Shown here: piece after piece, positions 44,437 to 55,619 of the stretch | Layout: each line of letters begins with the position of its first letter | How positions within the stretch are numbered: the first letter of the stretch is position 1 | NCBI GenBank assembly: GCA_046754245.1 | Contig: JBHHVL010000002.1 | Location: 21,540-85,539, forward strand | Length of the DNA: 64,000 bases | Origin: Candidatus Binatia bacterium | GTDB taxonomy: Bacteria > Desulfobacterota > Binatia > UBA1149 | Reading direction: 5' to 3' | The notes under the pieces: model-generated | Database searches by the model: none | Told to the model about the DNA's origin: nothing | What the model saw: only the letters and a program-made list of their open reading frames with translations | Position numbers and translations under genes: made by a program

Positions 44437-45230
44437 ACCCCCTCTGCGCTTGGCCGGTCCGTCGGGGTTGTCGGACCTGCGATTCCGAGGGCGTTCATCG
44501 CTCTCAGGAAGTAGTCAAAGAATACGGCCTGAGCCGTCAACATGACTATGTGCCAGGCGACGAGGAAGGGGACGTGGAACTCCGGCGGAACGGCGCGTAC
44601 GGTCAGGGGTCCGAGGTGGGTCAGCAAGACGTAGGGGACGATGCGCCACCTGAGGTTTTCTCCCAGCCGGTTACTCACGAAAAGGGGCCACAGCCAGGTC
44701 GCCAGACCCGTTCCCCAGGATGTAGCCGGGTGCAGCCTCTCCAGCAGCGTCTGCCGGTCGCCCAGGACGACGACGAAGGGAACGAAACAAAACCGTATCA
44801 CCACGGCGATGTAGGCAAGTGCGCTGACAAGAGTGGCGAGCCCAGGGAGGTTCTCATTGCCACGGGCGAGTATGGCGACACCGGCGATGGCAAGCGTGGC
44901 GGCTCCGGCGCACAGTCCTCCAGCGGCCAGTCCGTAGAGCACTAGGGGGCCTGCCTTGCGCACGAACACCTCGAAGACTCCGCTCCACGAGAGCTGTACG
45001 CCCCTGTGGGCGGCGTCGAAGAGCACCACGGGCAAGAACATCATCAGCACCGCTACGGGTACCGTGACCAGCACCGCCAGGTTCCCGCTCTCGGCGCCGA
45101 GGTTGGCGGTCGCCGAAGCCAGCGACATCAGCGCGGACAACGAGATCCAAAGCACGAGATCAGGGCGCACGAGCCTGAAGGCCTGCTTCATCTCCCGAGG
45201 GAACACGGTCAATAACCAGTTGATTACCAT
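44433..45230 (-). CDS. Hypothetical polytopic membrane protein
   Basis: ATG at 45230 (MVINWLLTVFPREMK) with about 6 hydrophobic helices. The longer ORF N-terminus overlaps the divergent TPR gene. Confidence 0.5.
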   Translation of the reverse strand: MVINWLLTVFPREMKQAFRLVRPDLVLWISLSALMSLASATANLGAESGNLAVLVTVPVAVLMMFLPVVLFDAAHRGVQLSWSGVFEVFVRKAGPLVLYGLAAGGLCAGAATLAIAGVAILARGNENLPGLATLVSALAYIAVVIRFCFVPFVVVLGDRQTLLERLHPATSWGTGLATWLWPLFVSNRLGENLRWRIVPYVLLTHLGPLTVRAVPPEFHVPFLVAWHIVMLTAQAVFFDYFLRAMNALGIAGPTTPTDRPSAEGV

Positions 45231-45338
45231 CTCGTATCCTGGGAGGGGTAGCGGGTGCGGGATACGCTCGCAAGCGTGCCCCGCACCCGTGACCCAGGCT
45301 CTGGGCCTGTCGTCGGAGTCGTGGTAGTCTGAGAAACC

Positions 45339-47105
45339 GTGCTTGGTTCCTGCTCGACAGTTAGAATGGGTTTGGTTGCGGTGCTGCTGGGCGGTCTCAC
45401 GGCCTGCTCCGTGGGTGGGCTCTACCGTTCCGATGGAGGCTCTTTCTACCGGTCTCCCTTCGGTCGGGGCGCGACCGAGGTCAGTGGAAAAGACGCGGCC
45501 GCCGGACACTTTCTCGTTTCTCTGCTCGCGCGTGAACAGGGGGACTACGAGCGGGCCATGCGCGAACTCCAGCACGCCGTCGCTCTAGACCCAGAGGAGG
45601 CTCTGCTCAGGTCTCGCCTTCTGCAGCTGTACATCAGGACCGGCAGGCTGGAACGGTCCCTTGCCCAGGCCAAGGTCTTGAAGGAGCTGGAGCCTGGCGA
45701 CGACGGGCACGGTCTCCTCGTCGGTGAGCTTCTCATCTCGCTTGGTCGCTACGAGGAAGCGGTAAGGGAATACGAGGAGCTTCTCGAAGTCGCGCCAGAC
45801 AACATCGACGTGCTCGTCGAACTGGGGGGGCTATACACGAGCACGCAGAGGTACGACGACGCCGTGGATATTCTCGAACACGCGACCGAGATCAAACCGG
45901 ATGCGGTCATAGCCTATTCCCTGCTCGGAAGGGCCTACGTGTTCGCCGGACACCCGGACGCCGCCGTCATCGCTTACCGACGAGCTATCGAGTTGAACCC
46001 CTCGTCGGACCAGCTGTACATGGAACTCGGGGTGGTCTACGCGAAGCAGGGACTGATCGATCGGGCCATAGGCGCCTACCGCAAGGCTCTGGAGTTCAAT
46101 CCATCGTCCATAATCGCGCGGCGGCAGCTGGGTGCTCTCTACGTGAGCCGGGGCGAACTCGAAGAGGCCCTGGGGGAATACGAGCAGCTTCTCGAGCACG
46201 AGGCTGATCCAGTCGATACGCAGATCAAGATCGGTTTGATCAGTCTGCAACGGGGTAACTACAAGAGGGCCGCCACGGAATTCGAGATCGCACTAGCGGC
46301 CAGACCGGACGATGGATCTGTACGCTATTACCTCGCCTCTACGTATCTGCACAAGGGGGATCTCGACGACGCCCAAGTCCAGTTCGAGAAGATCGGCGAG
46401 GATTCTGAATACTTCGTAGACGGGAGTGTGCAGCTCGCCCAGATCCATTTCGAACGAGGCGAATCGGCGCGAGCGATCGAGGTTTTGGAACATACGCTCG
46501 ATTCTCATCAAGACAACCCCGAAGTCATCCGCCTGTTGATCTCGGTTCACAGCGAGATGAAGCATTACGACGAGGCCCTGAAGATGGGCCGACGGCTCGT
46601 CGATATCGATCCGGACAACGACGCGTACCTCTACACTCTCGCATTGGTCCTGGATCAGACCGGAGCCGCGGACGAGGTCATCTCTGTTCTGAGGCGTGTC
46701 ATCGAGATCAACCCGGACAACGGGATCGCGCTGAACCACCTCGGCTATATCTTTGCAGAGCGCGGCGTCAACCTTGAGGAGGCGGAGGTCCTCATACGCA
46801 AGGCGTTGAGCCTGCACCCGAACGACGGAGCGATCGTCGATAGCCTTGGGTGGGTGTTTTTCCAGAAGGGGGATTTCGAGGCAGCCGTCGTCGAGCTGGA
46901 AAAAGCGAGCGAGCTACTGGCCGACGATACGGTGGTCAAGGAACATCTGGGGGACGCCTACGCCAGAGTCGGGAGAGTGAAGGAAGCGATGCGCATCTAC
47001 AAGGATTGCCTCGCTCGCAGCGAAGACGATCGGCAAAGGGAGAAGGTGCGCGGGAAACTTCTGAAGCTCGAGGAGATTTCGTCGTCTGCGGCAAACGGGC
47101 TCTGA
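45339..47105 (+). CDS. TPR-repeat lipoprotein
   Basis: Signal peptide plus lipobox (LLGGLTAC). At least 10 canonical TPR repeats (for example AYSLLGRAYVFAGHPDAAVIAYRRAIELNP). Confidence 0.8.
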   Translation: MLGSCSTVRMGLVAVLLGGLTACSVGGLYRSDGGSFYRSPFGRGATEVSGKDAAAGHFLVSLLAREQGDYERAMRELQHAVALDPEEALLRSRLLQLYIRTGRLERSLAQAKVLKELEPGDDGHGLLVGELLISLGRYEEAVREYEELLEVAPDNIDVLVELGGLYTSTQRYDDAVDILEHATEIKPDAVIAYSLLGRAYVFAGHPDAAVIAYRRAIELNPSSDQLYMELGVVYAKQGLIDRAIGAYRKALEFNPSSIIARRQLGALYVSRGELEEALGEYEQLLEHEADPVDTQIKIGLISLQRGNYKRAATEFEIALAARPDDGSVRYYLASTYLHKGDLDDAQVQFEKIGEDSEYFVDGSVQLAQIHFERGESARAIEVLEHTLDSHQDNPEVIRLLISVHSEMKHYDEALKMGRRLVDIDPDNDAYLYTLALVLDQTGAADEVISVLRRVIEINPDNGIALNHLGYIFAERGVNLEEAEVLIRKALSLHPNDGAIVDSLGWVFFQKGDFEAAVVELEKASELLADDTVVKEHLGDAYARVGRVKEAMRIYKDCLARSEDDRQREKVRGKLLKLEEISSSAANGL

Positions 47106-47941
47106 CCGGCCGGCGCCCGTGGACGTTCATCGTCGCCCTGGGCGTGTTGGCGCTTGCGGCTTGGCAACAAGGATGCGCGTCGCAGCCCGGACTTCAGCGT
47201 TCGAGTCTCGCCAAGCTTCGAACGGATTTCGGTTCGAGCCGGACCTGCCCGGCACCGGCGGTTTTTGAAGACCTGCTCGCTCGCCGCTTCGACTCGCTGC
47301 GGACCTTTCGCGGACAGGCTAGGCTCGACTACGAGGGGCCGGACGGTAGCTACCGGGCGTCACAGATGATCACCGTTCGTGCTCCCGACAGCGCCAGAAT
47401 AGAGTTTATGTCGCCGTTCGGGCCCACCTACACGGTGGTTACGGACGACGGCCGTTTGTATGCGTGGGACCGCGGTGAAAAGACGCTGTACAGGGGCCGT
47501 GCGTCGGTGGAAAATCTTGGACGTTTCACCCGTGCCCCGCTTTCGGCGGAGGTGTTGCTGGCCTTGATACGCGGGCTGCCGGCCCATACTGGGAAGAGCA
47601 AAGATGGCGGTCGGGTGCTGGAAGACGAACGACGTTGCGCGTGGGAACGCGGGATAGAAGGGGGGCGTCATTCCGTGATCGTTTTTTCCAAGGAGCGGCT
47701 CGAGCCGCTGTCGCTTGCCGTGTTCGGGCGAAGCGGTGAGCCGGAACTCGGCGCTACCTTTGGTTCCTATGAAGACGTCGACGGCACGCGTCTGCCACAC
47801 CTCGTCACCTTGGAGCTGAAAGGCGGAATCAAGATAAGGCTTTCCTACAGCCGACTGTGGCGCGACATCGGGGCGCAGGGCGGCCTCTTCGATTTGAACA
47901 TCGCTGGTGCCGTGCGCGTGATTGACATGGACCAAGACTAG
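47102..47941 (+). CDS. LolB/DUF4292-like outer-membrane lipoprotein (start codon uncertain)
   Basis: Signal peptide plus lipobox (FIVALGVLALAAWQQGC). LolB-like pattern FRGQARLDYEGPDGSYRASQMITVRAPDSARIEF. The only nearby in-frame initiator is the CTG at 47102, which overlaps the TPR gene stop. Confidence 0.5.
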   Translation: MTGRRPWTFIVALGVLALAAWQQGCASQPGLQRSSLAKLRTDFGSSRTCPAPAVFEDLLARRFDSLRTFRGQARLDYEGPDGSYRASQMITVRAPDSARIEFMSPFGPTYTVVTDDGRLYAWDRGEKTLYRGRASVENLGRFTRAPLSAEVLLALIRGLPAHTGKSKDGGRVLEDERRCAWERGIEGGRHSVIVFSKERLEPLSLAVFGRSGEPELGATFGSYEDVDGTRLPHLVTLELKGGIKIRLSYSRLWRDIGAQGGLFDLNIAGAVRVIDMDQD

Positions 47942-47950
47942 GAGGCGGGG

Positions 47951-49605
47951 ATGCGTAGGCTTGTCAGGTACGGGAGCTTCGCGCTTGGAGTCGGTCTGCT
48001 ATTGGTCTTTATCGGCTGTTCGGGTGGTGATTCGGGACCTAACGAAGACCCGCCAGCGGCCGGCGATGCCGTGCCGGCCTACGGTGACGCGCTGCTGGAG
48101 GGAAGCATAGGTGACGCTTCCAACCTGATTCCGATGCTCGCCGGCGACAGCTCCTCACACTCTGTAGGCGGCTTGATCTTTGATCCACTGCTCTCCTACG
48201 ACAAGAATCAGAGCGAGCTAGAGCCGCGGCTGGTAGAACGATGGGACGTCAGCGAAGACGGTCTCACCCTCACCTTTCATCTACGAACCGACGTGCGGTG
48301 GCAAGACGGTACCCCGTTTACGGCGGCCGACATCGAATTTGGGTTCCGGACGATTACCGCTCCCGGCACTATGACCGCCTACGCGGAGGATTACCGCCAG
48401 GTCGAGAGATTCGAGTTGCTGGACGCTCACAGTTTCCGGGTGAGGTACGAAAAACCGTTTGCCCCCGCGCTGGACAGCTGGGCGAGGAATCTCCTCGTAT
48501 TGCCGCGGCATGTTCTGGAGGGTCGGGATATCAACGAGGCTTCCGATTTTGCCCGCAAGCCTCTCGGCCTCGGCATGTACAAGCTCGAATCGTGGAAGAC
48601 GGGTACCGAGATCTCCCTCCTTTCCAATCACGATTACTACCGGGGGCGCCCGTACATAGAGAAGGTCGTCTACCGCATCATTCCGGATCAACAGACCCAG
48701 TTCCTCGAACTCAAATCGGGTGGTTTGGACCAGATGGGCCTGACGCCTCTCCAGTTCACCAGGCAGACCTCCACGGCGGATTTCGTACGTGACTTCAACA
48801 AGTACAAGTACCTTACGAATTCCTACACCTATCTGGGCTACAATCTGCGCAAGGAAATATTCAAGGATCGGCGCGTACGTCGGGCCCTGACCCACGCCGT
48901 CAACAAGCAAGAGATCGTCGACGCGGTACTGCTCGGACTCGGCGCGCCCACCAAGAGCCCCTACAAACCGGGGACCTACTGGATGAACGAGGAGGTTTCG
49001 GATCTTGTGTTCGATCCGGAAAAGGCGCGTTCTCTGCTCGCGGAGGCCGGTTGGGTGGACAGCGACGGAGACGGGGTGTTGGACAAGGACGGGGCGAGGT
49101 TCGAGTTCAAGATCATGACCAACCAGGGGAACGACCTCCGGCTCAAGACCGCGACGATCATCCAGCGTCGTTTCAAGGAAATCGGCGTCGACGCTTCGGT
49201 GAGGGTCTATGAGTGGTCGGCCTTCATCAACGACTTCGTAGACAAGCGAAAGTTTGACGCGGTCGTGCTCGGATGGAGCCTAGGGCTTGATCCGGATCAG
49301 TACGACATCTGGCATTCGTCGAAGACTTCAACTTCGTATCCTTCGCAAACTCCGAGGTTGACGAGCTGCTCGAAAAGGCGAGGCGATCCTTTGATCGTGC
49401 CGAACGCAAGAGACTCTACGATCGTTTTCAGGAGATATTGATCGAGGAACAACCATACACCTTCCTGTATGTGGCCGAGAGCCTGCCGGCCGTCCACCGC
49501 CGTTTTTTCGGCATCGAGCCCGCACCGGCTGGCATCGGCTACAATTTTGAAAAATGGTTCGTTCCGGCCTCCATGCAGAAGTACGACATCACTCAGGGGC
49601 CATGA
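47951..49605 (+). pseudogene. ABC transporter substrate-binding protein, family 5 (peptide/nickel), interrupted by a frameshift near 49316..49327
   Basis: The family-5 SBP sequence runs in one frame to ...DQYDIWHSSK. The conserved C-terminus FNFVSFANSEVDELLEKARRSFDRAERKRLYDRFQEIL...KWFVPASM continues in another frame to the TGA at 49603..49605. Confidence 0.7.
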
Positions 49606-49612
49606 ACTAGAC

Positions 49613-50587
49613 ATGTTTGCGTACCTAGGCCGTCGTCTCGTGGGGATCGTCCCGCTTCTCATCGGGATAACGTTCATTTCGTTTACGGTAATACACATAG
49701 CACCCGGGTCGCCGATGGACCTGCTCACCGACATGAACCCCGACGCCAGTCCCGAGCTCCGGCAGCGCTTGGCGGAACACTGGGGCCTGGACAGGCCGAT
49801 ATACGTCCAGTACGGCCTATGGTTGAAGAGGATCGCGGTCGGGGATTTCGGTAGGTCGTTGTCGAGGGACGCTCGGCCGGTGATAGACAAGGTAGCCGAA
49901 GCCCTGCCCGTGACACTCACCCTGAATCTCATGTCGCTTTGCATCATCATGGCTGTGGCGATTCCAATCGGCGTCTACTCGGCCACCCGGCCGTATTCTC
50001 TCGCCGACAGGGTCACGACGGTCTTTGTCTTTCTGGGTTTCGCCATGCCGACGTTCTGGCTCGCGCTACTGTGCATGATGCTCTTTAGCGTGGACCTGGG
50101 CTGGCTCCCGGTATCCGGTCTGCGCTCTCTCGACCACGAGAACATGACCCCGGCCATGCAGGCTTGGGATTCGGCGAAGCACCTGATCATGCCCGTGTCG
50201 ATCGCCGCGATCACGAGCCTGGCGGGTATGTCTCGCTACATGCGTTCGAGCATGCTCGAGGTGTTCAGACAGGACTACGTGACGACGGCTCGCGCCAAGG
50301 GCCTGTCGGAAAGAACCGTGATCTATCGTCACGCTCTGCGCAACGCCCTGCTTCCGGTGATCACGCTGCTCGGCTTGTCTATCCCGGGCCTCATAGGCGG
50401 TTCCGTGATTTTCGAAACGATATTCGCGATTCCCGGTATGGGAAGGCTTTTCTTCGGAAGCGTGATGAGTCGGGACTACACGGTGGTTATGGGGATTCTC
50501 GTCATAGGCGCGGTGCTCACGCTGCTAGGCAATCTGCTGGCGGACGTGATGTACAGTGTCGCCGATCCGCGTCTACGAAAACGATGA
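49613..50587 (+). CDS. ABC peptide/nickel transporter permease (DppB/OppB-like)
   Basis: MFAYLGRRLVGIVPLLIGITFISF, with an EAA-like loop (YVTTARAKGLSERTVIYRHALRNA). Confidence 0.9.
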   Translation: MFAYLGRRLVGIVPLLIGITFISFTVIHIAPGSPMDLLTDMNPDASPELRQRLAEHWGLDRPIYVQYGLWLKRIAVGDFGRSLSRDARPVIDKVAEALPVTLTLNLMSLCIIMAVAIPIGVYSATRPYSLADRVTTVFVFLGFAMPTFWLALLCMMLFSVDLGWLPVSGLRSLDHENMTPAMQAWDSAKHLIMPVSIAAITSLAGMSRYMRSSMLEVFRQDYVTTARAKGLSERTVIYRHALRNALLPVITLLGLSIPGLIGGSVIFETIFAIPGMGRLFFGSVMSRDYTVVMGILVIGAVLTLLGNLLADVMYSVADPRLRKR

Positions 50588-51414
50588 GTACACTCGCACG
50601 GGCGCTGCAGAACAAGCTTACGGTCGCCGGAGGCGTGATAGTCGCCCTGCTCTTTCTCGTTGCGGTTCTGGCGCCTGTAATCTCTCCGTACGATCCGGCG
50701 GCGGTGGACACGAGGTCGGTGCTCGAGGCTCCGAGTCCGGATCATCTTCTGGGTACCGACGGAATCGGCAGGGACGTGCTCAGCCGTATGATCTACGGGG
50801 CGCGGGTGTCGCTTCTCGTCGGCTTTGTAGCGGTTGGGATCGCGTGCTCCATAGGCGTCCTGCTCGGTGCCGTCGCCGGCTATTTTGGCGGCTGGGTGGA
50901 TGCTCTCACGATGCGTTTCGTCGACATCATGCTGTGCTTCCCCTCGTTTTTCCTTATTCTTGCCGTCATCACCTTCCTCGACGCCAGCATCTGGAACATC
51001 ATGGTCGTCATTGGCGTTACCTCCTGGATGGGGGTGTGCCGCTTGGTTCGCGCTGAGTTTCTGGCCCTGCGCAGGAGAGAATTCATGATCGCGGCAGAGG
51101 GTCTGGGTCTGCCGGCTTCTACGATCATTCTTCGCCACGGCTTGCCCAACGCGATGGCTCCGGTATTTGTCGCCTTCATCCTTGGGGTAGCTGGCGCTAT
51201 CTTGACCGAGAGCGCGTTGAGTTTTCTCGGTATAGGGGTTCAGCCGCCGGACCCGAGCTGGGGAAACATACTCACCGAGGGGAAGAACACCATCGAGGTA
51301 GCGTGGTGGCTTTCGGTTTGTCCCGGGGTCGCGATTCTAATTACCGTGTTGGGCTATAACCTGCTGGGCGAGGGGCTTCGAGACGTACTCGACCCCCGTC
51401 TTCGGGCAGAATGA
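50584..51414 (+). CDS. ABC peptide/nickel transporter permease (DppC/OppC-like)
   Basis: The ATG overlaps the upstream stop (ATGA). [24 protein letters not shown] is typical of the OppC N-terminal region. Confidence 0.9.
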   Translation: MSTLARALQNKLTVAGGVIVALLFLVAVLAPVISPYDPAAVDTRSVLEAPSPDHLLGTDGIGRDVLSRMIYGARVSLLVGFVAVGIACSIGVLLGAVAGYFGGWVDALTMRFVDIMLCFPSFFLILAVITFLDASIWNIMVVIGVTSWMGVCRLVRAEFLALRRREFMIAAEGLGLPASTIILRHGLPNAMAPVFVAFILGVAGAILTESALSFLGIGVQPPDPSWGNILTEGKNTIEVAWWLSVCPGVAILITVLGYNLLGEGLRDVLDPRLRAE

Positions 51415-51418
51415 TCGG

Positions 51419-52393
51419 ATGGCAACGATTCTCGAGGTAGAGGGGCTACAGACGGTATTCGATACTTCGTCTGGGCCGGCTCGGGCGGTCGACGGGATCA
51501 GCTTTTCGATAGCCGAGGGCGAGACCCTCGGCATCGTTGGCGAGTCGGGTTGTGGGAAGAGCGTTACCGCGATGTCTATCATGCGCCTGGTGCCTCAGCC
51601 TCCGGGGCGCGTGGCGGGCGGCAGCATCCGTTTTGACGGCCGGGATCTCCTGGGGATCTCGGAAGAGGAAATGCGCCGGGTGCGTGGCAACGAGATCGCG
51701 ATGATTTTCCAGGAGCCCATGACATCGCTGAATCCGGTGTTCACGGTCGGGTATCAGGTGGCCGAGGCCGTGAGGATTCACAGGAAGCTGAGCAAGCGAG
51801 CGGCGTTCGAGGAGGCCGTCCGTATGCTCGAACTCGTCGAGATCCCGGAAGCCCGGGCTCGGGCACGCGACTATCCCCACCAGCTCAGTGGCGGTATGCG
51901 CCAGCGTGTGATGATAGCGATGGCTTTGTCGTGTAGGCCGCGGCTGCTGATCGCCGACGAACCGACGACCGCGCTCGACGTTACCATTCAGGCACAGATC
52001 CTGGATCTGTTGCGGACTCTGCAACGGCGGATGGGTATGGCCCTGATACTGATCACCCACGACCTCGGCGTGGTGGGTGAGTGCGCGGATCGGGTCATGG
52101 TCATGTACGCAGGAAAGATAGTCGAGACGGGCAGCTGCCGCCAGTTGTTTGACAGGCCGACCCATCCCTACACGCTGGGCCTGATGGCGTCCCAACCCCA
52201 GCTCGGCGCTGAGAAGAAGAGGCTCGTCCCGATCCCAGGAATGGTACCCAGACTCACGGAACTTCCGGCGGGGTGCAGTTTTCGCGATCGCTGTAGCTTG
52301 GCGATCGAACGCTGCGCGCTCGGGGACCCGGCGCTCAGGTTCGTAGCCGATGGTCACGGGGTTGCCTGCGTGGTCGTGGACGGGGAAGGGTGA
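51419..52393 (+). CDS. ABC transporter ATP-binding protein (DppD/OppD-like)
   Basis: Walker A GESGCGKS, signature LSGGMRQR, Walker [13 protein letters not shown], and an oligopeptide C-terminal domain. Confidence 0.9.
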   Translation: MATILEVEGLQTVFDTSSGPARAVDGISFSIAEGETLGIVGESGCGKSVTAMSIMRLVPQPPGRVAGGSIRFDGRDLLGISEEEMRRVRGNEIAMIFQEPMTSLNPVFTVGYQVAEAVRIHRKLSKRAAFEEAVRMLELVEIPEARARARDYPHQLSGGMRQRVMIAMALSCRPRLLIADEPTTALDVTIQAQILDLLRTLQRRMGMALILITHDLGVVGECADRVMVMYAGKIVETGSCRQLFDRPTHPYTLGLMASQPQLGAEKKRLVPIPGMVPRLTELPAGCSFRDRCSLAIERCALGDPALRFVADGHGVACVVVDGEG

Positions 52394-53373
52394 GCGGCGT
52401 GGTCCAAGAGCTGGCCCTGATGAGTCTGCACGAGGTCACACGCGTGTTTCGTATCGGCGGCGGACTACTTGGCTCGGGTAAGGCCGAGTTACGCGCGGTA
52501 GACGGCGTGGATCTGGAGATTCTTCCTGGAGAGACCCTGGGGATAGTCGGTGAGTCCGGTTGCGGAAAATCCACCCTCGGACGGTTGATGCTGCGTCTGA
52601 TCGAACCGACCAGTGGCAGCGTTCGCTTCGAGGGTACCGACATCACCGCGCTTCCCCAGAACAAACTCAGACAGCTCCGCAGCAGGATGCAGATCGTCTT
52701 CCAGGACCCCTACGCATCCCTCAACCCTCGTATGAAAGTGGGGAAGATCATCGGGGAAGGGATGGCGTTGCACGGTATCGCCCGAGGAGGAGAGTTACGC
52801 GACGCGGTACTCGCGTTGATGGCGCGGGTCGGACTCGGTGCCGAAACCTACGACCGATATCCTCACGAGTTCAGCGGAGGACAGCGGCAGAGAGTAGGTA
52901 TAGCCCGTGCGCTGGCGGTCAAGCCGAGGTTCATCGTCGCAGACGAGCCGGTATCCGCCCTCGACGTTTCTATACAAGCCCAGATACTCAACTTGCTTGC
53001 CGACCTTCAAGAAGAGTTCGATCTTACCTACGCGTTCATTTCCCACGACCTGAGGGTGGTGGAACACGTGAGCCACAGGGTCGCGGTGATGTATCTTGGG
53101 CGTATCGTGGAGATAGCCCCGGCCGACCAAATCTACGCCGACCCTCGACACCCCTACACGAGGGCTTTGTTGTCGGCCCTTCCCGGCGGTGACGGGGCCA
53201 AGGAAAGAGAACGCATCCGTGTTGGTGGTGATGTTCCCAGTCCGATCAACCCACCGAGCGGTTGCTCTTTTCATCCCCGTTGTCCATTTGCCGAAGAGCG
53301 CTGCAGGATCGAGCAGCCCAGGCTGGAGAGTCGGGGCGACGGTCGTCTCGCGGCCTGCCACCTGGCCGCCTAG
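52390..53373 (+). CDS. ABC transporter ATP-binding protein (DppF/OppF-like)
   Basis: Walker [10 protein letters not shown], signature FSGGQRQR, Walker [13 protein letters not shown]. 4-nt overlap with the upstream gene. Confidence 0.9.
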   Translation: MSGVVQELALMSLHEVTRVFRIGGGLLGSGKAELRAVDGVDLEILPGETLGIVGESGCGKSTLGRLMLRLIEPTSGSVRFEGTDITALPQNKLRQLRSRMQIVFQDPYASLNPRMKVGKIIGEGMALHGIARGGELRDAVLALMARVGLGAETYDRYPHEFSGGQRQRVGIARALAVKPRFIVADEPVSALDVSIQAQILNLLADLQEEFDLTYAFISHDLRVVEHVSHRVAVMYLGRIVEIAPADQIYADPRHPYTRALLSALPGGDGAKERERIRVGGDVPSPINPPSGCSFHPRCPFAEERCRIEQPRLESRGDGRLAACHLAA

Positions 53374-53388
53374 GCGCTGGCCGGTGGA

Positions 53389-53763
53389 TTAGTGCTGGTC
53401 GCGCGATCGAATACGGGCGGCCTTGCCCGTGCGGTCGCGCAGATAGTAGAGGCGGCTTCGGCGCACGCGCCCCCTCGCCTTGACTTCGACCTTGTCTATT
53501 CGAGGGGAGTGAAGAGGGAAGGTCCGCTCGACTCCCACGCCGTAAGAGCGCTTGCGAACCGTAAAAGTCGCTCGCGTACCACCCGAGGTACGGCGGATGC
53601 ACACGCCTTCGAAGATCTGGACCCGTTCTTTTTCCCCTTCGACGATCCTGGCGTGGACGCGCAGGGTATCACCGGGACGGAATTCCGGCAGATCACTTCG
53701 CAGTTGAGCCGCTTCAATGCTGTCGATTACGTTGGCCACGGGACTTCTCTTCAAGTGAATCAA
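53389..53763 (-). CDS. rplS: 50S ribosomal protein L19
   Basis: [29 protein letters not shown] ... [15 protein letters not shown]. Confidence 0.95.
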   Translation of the reverse strand: MIHLKRSPVANVIDSIEAAQLRSDLPEFRPGDTLRVHARIVEGEKERVQIFEGVCIRRTSGGTRATFTVRKRSYGVGVERTFPLHSPRIDKVEVKARGRVRRSRLYYLRDRTGKAARIRSRDQH

Positions 53764-53784
53764 GTGAACCTTGAACCAGTCTTC

Positions 53785-54345
53785 TTACCGTGTACCCAGC
53801 AGCCGGTCAAGGATGATCGCGGCCGCGGCTCGAACGGAGAGGTGGTTGTAGTCCGCTGGTCCCGTGATGGGTCTGAGACGGTGGGCGGATCTCGCGATGA
53901 GGTCGTCGGTGAGTCCCCAGCCCGTTCCAAGAACGAGGAGGTGAGGTCCGGATGGTTTGCGCAGGTGGCGAGCCATCTCTTCGTAGCCCTCGCTCTCGGG
54001 CGCGCAACGGGCGCTCGTCGCGACTAACTCGGGCAGGCATCCGCAGCGGGCCTCGATGTCGATCTCGACGCCCTCGAGGGTCCTTTCGAGCCTCACGAGA
54101 TCGAGGGCCTCCTTGCGGTTGACGTTGTAGGTGCTGCCGTAGCCTTCTTGCCAGTGTCGCGTGATCTTGCGCACCAGTCCGCGCAGTGCGTCTACCGGAG
54201 TGACCACATAGAAGGCCTTGACCCCGAAGGTGCGGCAGCTGCGCGCGATGTCGTGGACGTCGATGTTGGTGACCGAGGCGGTGACGACGTTCCTGTTCTT
54301 GTCGTAGACCGGGTGGTGCAGCAGGGCGACGTAGAGATCCGCCAT
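53785..54345 (-). CDS. Predicted SPOUT-type SAM-dependent RNA methyltransferase (TM1570-like)
   Basis: LLHHPVYDKNRNVVTASVTNIDVHDIARSCRTFGV. Sits between trmD and rplS, as recalled for the Thermotoga TM1570 family. Confidence 0.55.
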   Translation of the reverse strand: MADLYVALLHHPVYDKNRNVVTASVTNIDVHDIARSCRTFGVKAFYVVTPVDALRGLVRKITRHWQEGYGSTYNVNRKEALDLVRLERTLEGVEIDIEARCGCLPELVATSARCAPESEGYEEMARHLRKPSGPHLLVLGTGWGLTDDLIARSAHRLRPITGPADYNHLSVRAAAAIILDRLLGTR

Positions 54346-54348
54346 CAG

Positions 54349-55053
54349 CTAGCGCCGGCTTCGCGCGCGATCAAGAAGATCGGGGCGCCGTCGCCGCGTT
54401 CGCTCCTCCGCTTGCTGACGTCGCCACCGTGAGATCTCGGCGTGGTTACCGGACAACAGCACCTGCGGGACCTTCATCCCACGGAACTCGGCGGGTCGCG
54501 TGTACTGCGGATACTCGAGCAGTCCGGCTGAAAAGCTCTCTTCCTCACAAGAGGACTCGCAGCCGAGCACGCCCGGTACTAGCCGCGCGACGGCTTCGAT
54601 CACCACCAAGGCGGCGAGTTCCCCGCCGCTCAACACGTAGTCCCCAATCGAAAGTTCTTCGTCGAAGAGGCAGCGAATCCTCTCGTCTATTCCCTCGTAG
54701 CGGCCGCACAGCATGAGAATATCTGTTTCTTCGGCGAGTTCGCGGGCGCGCTGCTGATCGAGCGGCCTACCCTGGGGGGTCAGCAGTATTCGTCGTGACG
54801 GATGGGACTTTGCCGAGACATCCTCGACCGCGGCAAATACGGGCTCAGGCTTCATGACCATGCCGGGGCCGCCACCGTAGGGTGCGTCGTCGACGGGGTG
54901 GATGCTGCCGCCGGTAAAGTCTCTGAGCTGGTGAGCCACGACCAAGATGAGGCCCAGCGCCCGCGCTTTTCCGGTGACCCCACAAATACGATCCGATGCG
55001 AACATCTCTGGAAAGAGAGAAATAACATCGAACCGTAGCCGCGGGGTCGTCAC
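54349..55053 (-). CDS. trmD: tRNA (guanine37-N1)-methyltransferase
   Basis: [11 protein letters not shown] ... [13 protein letters not shown] ... [11 protein letters not shown] ... [11 protein letters not shown]. Confidence 0.95.
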   Translation of the reverse strand: MTTPRLRFDVISLFPEMFASDRICGVTGKARALGLILVVAHQLRDFTGGSIHPVDDAPYGGGPGMVMKPEPVFAAVEDVSAKSHPSRRILLTPQGRPLDQQRARELAEETDILMLCGRYEGIDERIRCLFDEELSIGDYVLSGGELAALVVIEAVARLVPGVLGCESSCEEESFSAGLLEYPQYTRPAEFRGMKVPQVLLSGNHAEISRWRRQQAEERTRRRRPDLLDRARSRR

Positions 55054-55520
55054 GGCTGCTGTTGCCCGCGGTTGGAGTATTCGAGTCCGGTGGGATCAAC
55101 CACCACGCTTGCCCGTGCCGCGTCTATCTTGAGCACCACACCGCGGATCGCCGGCACGAGGATCTCGCCCTCTTTACCTTCGACGACGTACACGTCATTG
55201 GCGCCGGTAACGATGATGTCCGTGACGCAGCCGAGTTCGTTGCCTTCGGTATCCACGACCCGAGACCCGATGAGCTCGAAGGAGTAGTACTCCCACTCGG
55301 TCTTGTCAGGAAGCCGGTCCATGTCGAGCGACACGTCGCTTCCGACTAGCGCCGCGGCCGCGTCACGGGTGTCTACGCCGTCGAAAGAAACCAGCGATCC
55401 GTTCTTGTGCGGTGCTACGTCGGTGACGGTAAGCCGCTGACTGTGGGTATGGCTTGCCACGGTGGATTCCACGCCGGTTCTCAGGGCCGATGCGACGCTC
55501 GGGTCGGCTCTGACGATCAC
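55050..55520 (-). CDS. rimM: 16S rRNA processing protein RimM (annotated from the first canonical start; the conserved N-terminus continues upstream)
   Basis: PRC-barrel C-terminus. The upstream in-frame sequence VVIGRITRVHGLRGT (55521..55565) is the classical RimM N-terminal motif but has no ATG/GTG/TTG before it. Confidence 0.8.
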   Translation of the reverse strand: MIVRADPSVASALRTGVESTVASHTHSQRLTVTDVAPHKNGSLVSFDGVDTRDAAAALVGSDVSLDMDRLPDKTEWEYYSFELIGSRVVDTEGNELGCVTDIIVTGANDVYVVEGKEGEILVPAIRGVVLKIDAARASVVVDPTGLEYSNRGQQQP

Positions 55521-55619
55521 CGTGCCGCGTAGCCCGTGGACGCGCGTGATCCTGCCGATTACGACCTGCCGGGGGCGGTTCTCGTTAACGTGGGTGTCTG
55601 AGATGGGTAACCGATCTCT

